A DNA stretch of 47,302 bases from Tubiluchus corallicola. Taxonomy: Eukaryota > Animalia > Priapulida. Each line of letters opens with the position of its first letter. Position 1 is the first letter of the stretch. Below are positions 38,400-47,302 of the stretch, piece after piece. The notes beneath the pieces are model-generated. The model was not told the origin of the DNA, searched no databases, and saw nothing but the letters and a program-made list of their open reading frames with translations. The stretch covers positions 1-47,302 of the forward strand of contig JAQGDQ010001322.1 of NCBI GenBank assembly GCA_030141605.1, in the 5' to 3' direction. The position numbers were made by a program, and so were the translations under genes.

Positions 38400-39200
38400 C
38401 TTGCAATTCCTTTCTCACGTTGTTTCTTCATTATGCCTCTAAGAAGCTTTTTTCCATAATCAATATTTTGAATAACAACCAGCTCCCATGATCTGCATCA
38501 GAAACTTCTTCCAAAGTAAATATATTTCTTTCATTTTTATAGTACGAATAGTACAGCAAAATATATGTCCAAACCACACTTACAAAATCTCTCAGATTTA
38601 GCTATCTTTCATCAAAATGACAGATTTTCAGTGCTCCAATTCATGTTTTCAAAAGCTACTTGGAATTAGTCATATTGTTCATCCAATAAGGTTCATCCAA
38701 TGGTTCATCTAAATAAGGTCGCGGTTTTTTTATTCAAATTTGCCTACTAGATGTACAACATTCTTTAGGTTTATTCTGTCATAGTTGTAAAGCTTTTTGT
38801 GTCACCTTTTGTTTAATAAACTGATTCCAACTTTTCTCTACAAAATTTGCATCAGTTATTTTCTTCAACCCATCCTGTGAAAATTCTGTTAGTGTCATAA
38901 TGTTTCTAAATTAAGTTTATTTGCTAAAAAGGTTGTTCTTCTAACCCATTTTGATCTAATCCTGCTAAACACTGCAAAAAGGATCTAACATCATAGGAAT
39001 GCACAAAATCACTTGGCTTTGTTGCCATCAGTACAAGCACATTCAGTACGTTTTTAGAAGTACTGCTGTCAGTAATAAACTTAAAATGCGTCTCTTGAAT
39101 ATTGCACAATAAAATTGTAAAATTAAATAATGTACAAAATGAGAAATTAATTTTTGGTGCAATTGCACTTTTTTCTTGTATACGGATCGACACAAAAGCA
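38400..39200 (-). pseudogene. Possible decayed DNA-transposase (Mutator-like) remnant
   Basis: Broken minus-strand frames contain DGLKKI, KGDTKSF and KECC, loosely resembling GDGDS..K.EC.H. Weak evidence. Confidence 0.3.
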
Positions 39201-39844
39201 TTGTGAACTGCAATACAATATTCAAGAAAGCTTAGTAGTGCCTAAAAATTGTCTTAAGTTTCTTCACTTTGAGATGCAAAACTGCAGAACATTCCTGGAG
39301 CTTTGGTGCCTGGGCCTCCTAGGAGGTGATGATCCTCCCTTTCTATATTTCACACTCATTTTAAAATTGAATGGTTGGCAGCCTGAATCGTATAATAGAT
39401 AATACTGTACAATGAATACAAATACACTAATACTAATACAAATTAGATCGATTTAAAGCATAAGTTCTGGTTACAGTTTTCCTTCAAATGTCACTTTTTC
39501 ATGGTCTTGCTGATCCCCGACATTGGTACGTTGTGCACACTGCTCATCATGTATAGTGATCATTATGTATAGTGTTCTCTGCACATAACTTGCACTGTAT
39601 TGTTGGCCTCCATCACATTTGGTATTATTTGGCTGAAATTCACTTTAGGTTTACAATTTCACACTGCTCCTTTAATGTTTTACCGTATTTGTTATCTTGC
39701 TAAACACTAAAAGCAAACTAACCAAAACGTGCTTGTGCAAAAATTACAAATTTTCTGACGATGGATAGTGAAATTAAGGTATTCGTAATAAAGGTCAAAT
39801 CGAAATAATTCTTCGATGACATTCTCGCGTTTATGCCTGTGTAC

Positions 39845-40258
39845 TAGGGGTGAGCATCGAACGTTCGAATCGAATTCAAACGCTCGAATTCGATTCGAAC
39901 GAGTTTTTTTAGTTCGAACTCGATTCAAATCCAAAACTATAGATTCGAATAATTCAGCACTTCAATCACATATGTTGCTGATCACTAAAACGATTGAAAC
40001 ATCACGCAATTAGCATAATTTAGCTGTGATTTCTGCTCACAGTTTTAAAGAAATTACTAGTCGTTTTATTGCAGAACAATATTTAGTGATATACATGATC
40101 TTCGTAAGACTAATTTTTACTGGTGGTTCGAAAATCGTTCACTCTCAATTCGAATTCGGTTCGAATTCGAAACACTGAAGTTCGGTTCGATTCGAATTCG
40201 AAAGTCACATATTTGGTTCGATTCGAATTCACTTTCTGGTAGAGAATGCTCACCCCTA
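39845..40258. mobile_element. hAT-type MITE rich in ttcgaa subterminal motifs
   Basis: TIR taggggtgagcat/atgctcaccccta; TSD ctgtgtac/ctgtgtat. Confidence 0.85.
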
Positions 40259-40417
40259 CTGTGTATGTGTACAATAGCCTGTTTGTTTTTTATGTATGCA
40301 GTAGGGTAACCGATATTTTACTGAAATCTGAAAAAAAAATTACAATCATTTATACGCATTTTGTACAGTTTCAGCAGCTATGATACTTGTGCTGTTTAGC
40401 TAGCATAAGCTGCAGCG

Positions 40418-43400
40418 ATGAATTACGTATTCAACGTCGGTAAAATCTTCACCAACGTCAAGGAGTTCTACAATGAAATCAATGCGGCCACATTGACTGG
40501 TGCTATTGACATCATTGTAGTTCAGCAACCCGATGGCACGTACGTCGGTTCGCCATTTCACATTCGCTTTGGAAAACTAGGCGTCCTGCATAGCAGAGAG
40601 AAAGTGGTAAGTTAACTTACATGCACTGAGGTGTTGTTATTTATAATATGTCAGTAATTATTACTGTGGTATACATAATAAGATGTCTACAGGCTTCAAA
40701 GATTTTAGTTTTTAGGACAGGGGTGTGCAAACTGCGGCCAGCGGCCCACTTGCGGCCCGCCGAGAGATCTTGTGCGGCCCACGAAGAGGTTTGTCAATGT
40801 AATGAAAGTGCGGCCCACGCGATCCAGCTGAAGTCTGCGCCAATATCGCAAAGATAGTGTGGGTAGTTTTTTCCTCTAGATCGGATGGCATTAACCTTTA
40901 CAAGACTCCCACTGTACTTGGCTCCTTGACCAAACTGCATGTGGCCCACAGGAATTGCGGCAATGTTTAATGTGGCCCATCTAGTCAGATAATTTGCACA
41001 CCCCTGTTTTAGGAGGTCAACATGTAAATCGCATGTGTAGGATTGCCAGCTGTTACTAAATATAAGATTGTAGCACTAAAATGGTGAAATATATGGCACT
41101 AATATATCCAATGAATTGATCATTTTTGTTTTGTACAGTTAGTTATCCGACTTACGACCGCAGTTGTTTGCATCCAATTGGTCGTAAGACAACTTGGACG
41201 CAGGTTGGACCCGAATGTTTAAGGTGGTGAGGCCCTACATGTAAGACGCTTTGTGTGTGTACGGTGGCATCCACGGATGAATTTCTCGAAACAGATAGCA
41301 AAATAAAATTAATTTGCCTAAAAAACACGAGAATCAAATATCAGTTACTGTTACTTTTGTTAAATAGTATAATTTGCTAAGTTATGGTCTGGTCGTAAAG
41401 TCGAGCATTCTTCAGTTGCATAAGTCGTAAGCCGATGATTACTTGTATTAGCAAAAAGCAAATCAAATATCGTGTCTAGGTTTGCATGTAATGTCACATG
41501 TTTTATAAGTTCCCCAAAGCTTTCAATAAGCATTTTCACAGTTTCGTTGTAGGTCACTTGCTGTAGGTCAAAGGTTAAGCGTACCACAGCTATGTGTAAA
41601 GTGAAGCGATCTGCTGCATCAGTTCAGTAACTTCAATTGATTTACATTGACTTAAATATGCATTAAACTGTGCGTAGATTGATTTATAGTAGGATCTTAC
41701 TTGGGAACAAAGAAAAATGAACTAGGCTCTAGCTAGCTATTAAAACTGTTACTATTACAACTGCATTTGCTGCAAGGTGTTGTCAAGTGTGCACAAACGC
41801 GTTGTCTTTGACTTAACCTTTAAGCCGTTAAGGATACACTTAACCTTTGACTTTTTCACGATCATCATCAATCGCTGGAACTGTGACAAGGCTTATTTAC
41901 CCCGTCTGTATAAGTTTCATTTGTTGTAATGAGAAATTTAGTGCAAAAATTTGTGTTTAAAATTGGTTATTTTGTGTCTTGCTGTTGTGAGACAGGAAGT
42001 ACGCTACGTTTTTGCAGTTTTACTTCTAGTGCTGCTATTCAGCGTAATTTTTACAGGTTGACATTGAAGTTAATGGAGAACCTGTAGAACTTCATATGAA
42101 GCTCGGCGAAAATGGAGAAGCATTTTTTGTTCAAGATGTTGAGGAAAATGTTGAGGTATGCACATAATGAACATTTTCCATATCGTTTATTTAGTAAGAA
42201 TATAACATTGTATCTCAATATACAATCCATATTTTTGCTGATAAAGTTCATGTACAGTAGTCACCGCTTAATAGATTCAATTGCTTAATTGACTCAAAAA
42301 CGTCTGGAACGGGCCGCTTCTATTCAAATGTACAAAGAAACTATCGGTAATTGACTCAAATAACTTTGCTTAATTGACTCAATATTTTTCCTTCACATAC
42401 TTAAAATAAAACGTATGTATGTGCCCAAACAGCCTTTCCTACTTTTATGTCATCTTTACTTCCTTTTTGTGCATTATGTTTGTAGAAACAATCATGTTAA
42501 GTACCGCTTTGTTTATAAGCAGGTACGTTTATCATGCGGTAATACACTAGCATAGCGGTTTTGCTTTGAATCTGTTACCTGCTAACCCACTGCAATTAAC
42601 CTCGTTACACGAAGAATTTCTGGAAGCTAAACATTTAATCGTTTGCCTAGCGGTTTCGTTTTGATGCTGTAGTTGCAAATCACGCTTTCAGGCTTGTAGT
42701 CAAATGTAATGTAATCTAAATGAGTTAATAGTCAAAGATGCAGGTATAGTAATCAGCCAGCATTCCTTGTGACTTACAAGAGTAGACATCATACAGCAAA
42801 TAAGGGCGTAGAGTTCAGAATTTTGAAAAATGGAGCATAAGCGTAAAGTTCTAACAGTTAATTTATTGTTAATTCACTTATATAAATTAATATTTTAAAA
42901 TAGTTTTTCTAATTTTTAACTGCACAAAGGAATTTAGGCATTATTTCATTTCTGAAATTGATTAAAAGCCTTTGCAGTGCATAGTAAGCTGATGACTCAT
43001 ACTTCTATATCAGTAATACTACACCCATCGGTTAATAGGTTCAATCAGTTAATTGGGTCAAAACACGTCGGTCCCAAAGTGAGTCTATTAAGCGGCGACT
43101 ACTGTATTTGAAGTACTAATAACACTCTTTTAAATACATTAACCCACTTTAAATACATTAACCCAGGGGTGTGCAAATTGCGGCCCGCGAAGAGATTTGT
43201 CAACCTAATGAAATTGCGGCCCGGGCGATTAATTGACTGTATCCAGCTGAAGTCCGTGCCATGATCCCAAAGATAGTGCGGGTAGTTTTTTCTACTAGAT
43301 CGGATGCCATTAACCCTTACAAGACGGTTGTAGCTTAATGTCACTGTACTAGACAGACTGTGTGATACACATTACTAATATGCATTGTAATGAAATTACC

Positions 43401-46400
43401 ACTATCTGTCCTGAAAGTAGAAATATATGGTTTGTAATATAAATTTTAATAAGTTCTAAAATAGTTTCTTGAGTGTAGTAGTAATGATGTACGCAGGTGG
43501 GATGCAAAAAAAATCGTTATTAGGCCTTTCTGTAGTTGGCTCCTTGATCAAACTGCCTGTGGCCCACAGGAATTGTGGGAAAGTTTAATGTGGCCCGGCT
43601 AGTCAGATAATTTGCACACCGCTGCATTAACCAATACAGAGTGAAACTACATAACACATTATCACATCTAGTGTAAAAGCAGCTACCATTTTTAGAGCCT
43701 CTCGTGTGAAATGGCTGTGGTTTCGAACCTGTAGCCCAGTTATAAAGCCTACACAATATCCATTACCTTATATCTTGTGTGATGTATGCAAAGTATGTTT
43801 TCAGGATGTAAGTCAGGTGATGCAGGAAAAATGTGCCGAAGTTTAGATTACAATCATATTAGAAGCAAATGTCCTACAAAATTGAAATTTCAAAGCATAA
43901 TATTACAATACATTAACTTTTGGTAATGGAATTACAAGTTTACAGTTTTAATAGGTTTCTAGTTTTCGATTCAAAACTTGCATGTTAAAAAGTCATCTAT
44001 AATCATCAAGTGAAAAACAGCCACATTGATGTAAAAAGCACCCAATAGGTGGCAGCAAAACAGTAAAGAAATAAGTCAGTCTACATCAGCGGTGTGCAAA
44101 TTATCTGACTAGTCGGGCCACATTAAACATTCCCGCAATTCCTGTGGGCCACATGCAGTTTGATCAAGGAGCCAAGTACAGTAGGACCTAATAACGATTT
44201 TTTTGCATCCGATTTGCGCACATCATTATTACTGCACTACTACACACAAGAAACTATTTTAGAAGTTATTAAAATTTATATTAAAAACCATATATTTCGT
44301 CATGTCCGACAGTGATATTAAGTGACAAAGGTCTTGTAAGGGTTAATGCCATCCGATCTAGAGGAAAAAACTACCCGCACTATCTTTGCTATATTGGCGC
44401 AGACTTCAGCTGGATCATGTGGGCCGCACTTTCATTACATTGACAAACCTCTTCGTGGGCCGCACAAGATCTCTCGGCGGGCCGCAATTTGCACACCCCT
44501 GGTCTACATTGTGGTCTTTACCATAGAAAATGACACACTGATAAAGATTTGCTGCCAAGAAAAATAGGACTTAATCCTCTGAATTACAGTATTTGGAGTT
44601 CCCTTAAAGAGAAAGTGTACAATGGCTGTGCGGAGCCATTTAATGTGGTGGAACTAAAGGCAAAAATTGTTGAGAGCTGGGAATAAATACCCCTTAAAGA
44701 AGTGAAAAACTTTGTCAGCTTTTGGAAGAAATGCATTTGTCTAGTTTTCAGTAAAAACGGGGGACACATAGAGCACTTGCTGTAGATTTTAACAGTAGTG
44801 ACAAATTTTTTTCCGACATTTATTTTTCTGGAATTGCTGTTCTCATGTAGTAGCAATATATGGCCTCCAGTCAATTATAATGCAATTTTAATATAGCTCT
44901 ATGTAAATTAAACATACACGGTGATCGTTTCTTCTCCTCTTTTCCTTCTTCCTATCCCTAATCTTACTATTTTTTCCATTCCATCATGTCTACTAACCCT
45001 AACCATTCTTTCATTCACTCATCCTCTCCTCTCTTCCTTCTTCCTATCCCTAATCTTACTATTTTTTCCATTCCATCATGTCTACTAACCCTAACCATTT
45101 TTTCATTCACTCATTTGTGCCACCTTAACAAGCCAAGCTTTCAAGGTGTCATACAGCAACTCTTTTATTTGGTTAATTTGACTTCACCAACGTTTTTTAC
45201 CTATACTGTTTCTTTTTGTCTCAATAATATTGTATGTTGATGTATTGTATATGTATTGCCGGAGGGAAATAAATTGATTGATTGATTGAAAAACTTCTGT
45301 ACCTTTGCAGAAATTTAAGAGGATGACCTATAAAATGTAAGCATTTATAACATCTGTGTGGTAATGTTCAAGCATTACCATTATTTTCTTCCTACAATAT
45401 CCTGATCAAAACTTCTGCGCTTTTTTTTGTGCCTCCCCATACATATAAGTTGACACTTGTTGATATAAACACGAAGGAAATAATAATAACCGACAACAAA
45501 ACATGCAATAGTTAAAACACTCATTTTTAACAGCTACGTGTCTGATTGCAGATTCCTGAGTACCTCGCAACATCTCCCATCCCTGCCTCAGCACTAGAAT
45601 TACCTGAATTTGAGTTGCAAAAGAAACTAAGTATTTTGGCAGCAAGTGATCAATCCACCTTGGAAGAGCTAAAAGCCACGTTAGAGTCTACAGGAAATCA
45701 AAACAATAAATCAGAAACTGATACTAAAGATTCGTCGGATCTAGAAGAAATTGTCGTAATTGCAGAGGATACCAAACCTATCAAAAGCGATGAAGAAAGA
45801 ACCGAAGAGAAACCTGATACGGATTCGAGAAACTTACCGACAGACCTAAATCTGTCGACGATGGAAGAAACCTCGCCCGACTTTGATGCCACGCCTACAC
45901 CGACCACCACCGAGCTCACAAATAGCGAAGACGTGACTCCTACGGCGGCTGTTGCAAGCTCACTTGCTAACGACGCCGTAGTTAGTAGTGCCACCCAGAT
46001 TGTAGCAGATGTAATTGAGAAAGTCACTCATTCTGATATGATGATCAAGACGCGTGTAGATGATGATGATGACGAACATGACCAAATGTGCGATAATGAA
46101 GTTTTCCAGTTTTTTGGCGATGATTCTTCCGATGCCACGACACAGTTGGATCCGTCTTCACAAGAGGCGGAGTCAAAAGTATCTAAACGCAGGCGTCGGA
46201 AAAAGTCTTCCACAAAGTTGCGCGGCAAGAAAAGTTCATCTGTAGACGCAAAAGGTAAAGATAGTGGCTCTCGAATTGACGCCAGAACGGAGGAAGGTGT
46301 ATTTGAATTCGAAGGCGATGACGACGATGATAGCATTCCAAAACCTAGTAACAAACAAGGTCTTCTTACATCTTTAAGCAGCAACAGTGTTTTGGAGAAT

Positions 46401-46459
46401 ACTTTTAGACGGGTTGATTTTCATCCTTTCAGTGACACCGACATAACACCATTAGTGAG
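40418..46459 (+). CDS. LPIN: Lipin (phosphatidate phosphatase), first three coding exons; gene continues beyond the window
   Basis: Exons 40418..40606 (MNY...[24 protein letters not shown]...[19 protein letters not shown]), 42057..42155 ([25 protein letters not shown]) and 45552..46459 ([11 protein letters not shown], polybasic [18 protein letters not shown]). These give the N-LIP domain and an NLS-like motif. Confidence 0.95.
40718..41006 (+). mobile_element. hAT/Charlie-like MITE
   Basis: TIR caggggtgtgcaaa/tttgcacacccctg; TSD ttttagga. Confidence 0.92.
42255..43104. mobile_element. Pogo/Tigger-like non-autonomous element
   Basis: ta|cagtagtcaccgcttaataga...tctattaagcggcgactactg|ta. Confidence 0.88.
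43164..43624 (+). mobile_element. hAT/Charlie-like MITE (40718 family)
   Basis: Same TIRs; TSD cattaacc. Confidence 0.9.
44087..44501 (-). mobile_element. hAT/Charlie-like MITE (40718 family), inverted
   Basis: Reverse complement of the family; TSD gtctacat. Confidence 0.9.
44567..44785 (+). pseudogene. Tc1/mariner-superfamily transposase C-terminal remnant
   Basis: [19 protein letters not shown]...[17 protein letters not shown]...NGGHIEHLL*, with one in-frame stop. Confidence 0.8.
44930..45113. repeat. Two-copy tandem duplication of a ~92-bp pyrimidine-rich unit
   Basis: ccttcttcctatccctaatcttactattttttccattccatcatgtctactaaccctaa occurs twice. Confidence 0.85.
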
Positions 46460-46553
46460 GTAAGACAGTAACTAATAGACATTAAATGCAAGGTGCAAAT
46501 TTAACGCAAGGTGCAAATAGGAATCAGCCGGGTAAAGTAATTATTGTTCTACC

Positions 46554-47302
46554 TTACTACTACATGCTTACTAGTACTACTACTACATGCTTACTACTAC
46601 TACCACTACTACATGCTTACTACTACTACTACTACTACATGCTTACTACTACTACTACTACTACTACTACATGCTTACTAGTACTACTACTACATGCTTA
46701 CTAGTACTACTACTACATGCTTACTAGTACTACCACTACTACATGCTTACTACTACTACCACTACTACATGCTTACTACTACTACTACTACTACATGCTT
46801 ACTACTACTACTACTACTACTACTACATGCTTACTAGTACTACTACTACATGCTTACTAGTACTACTACTACATGCTTACTAGTACTACCACTACTACAT
46901 GCTTACTACTACTACCACTACTACATGCTTACTACTACTACTACTACTACATGCTTACTACTACTACTACTACTACTACTACATGCTTACTACTACTACT
47001 ACTACATGCTTACTAGTACTACTACTACATGCTTACTAGTACTACCACTACTACATGCTACTACTACTACCACTACTACATGCTTACTACTACTACTACT
47101 ACTACATGCTACACACTACTACTACTACTACTACATGCTTACTACTACTACTACTACATACTTACTACTACTACTACTACATGCTTACTAGTACTACCAC
47201 TACTACATGCTACTACTACTACCACTACTACATGCTTACTACTACTACTACTACTACATGCTTACTACTACTACTACTACTACTACTACATGCTTACTAG
47301 TA
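46554..47302. repeat. Compound (TAC)n-ATGCT satellite in a lipin intron
   Basis: Variable TAC runs punctuated by atgct and tagtac; runs to the window end. Confidence 0.98.

Noticed and set aside
45698-46384. Antisense ORFs over lipin exon 3
   Set aside because: Shadow frames of a real low-complexity coding exon.
46486-47300. Poly-T/L/Y ORFs
   Set aside because: Translations of the TAC satellite.

Overview
AT-rich, intron-rich animal (invertebrate-like) nuclear DNA. Most ORFs in the supplied track are translations of microsatellites or repeats. The first 17.3 kb is a giant inverted duplication: arms 1..7437 and 9684..17319, with the left arm running off the window edge, around a unique ~2.25-kb spacer. 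Each arm carries the terminal exon of a QPD/WND C-type lectin gene and, facing it, the terminal exon of a pentraxin gene. The preceding pentraxin exon (GQDQDS..GGF..SQSF) occurs only once, in the spacer, and splices in phase to the right-arm copy. Nested in each arm are a 5S-rRNA-derived sequence, a TGT...ACA TIR element with a 5-bp TSD, and an inverted pair of Penelope-type minimal hammerhead-ribozyme motifs. The spacer also holds a ~70-bp satellite and a perfect 48-bp palindrome. The rest of the window has three spliced genes: a CHST15-like sulfotransferase (+, 8 exons), RPS11/uS17 (-, 4 exons, 5'TOP) and the 5' part of lipin (+). Their introns contain many MITEs, LTR fragments and Tc1/mariner remnants. 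Whether the inverted duplication is real or two haplotypes assembled back-to-back cannot be decided from this sequence alone.
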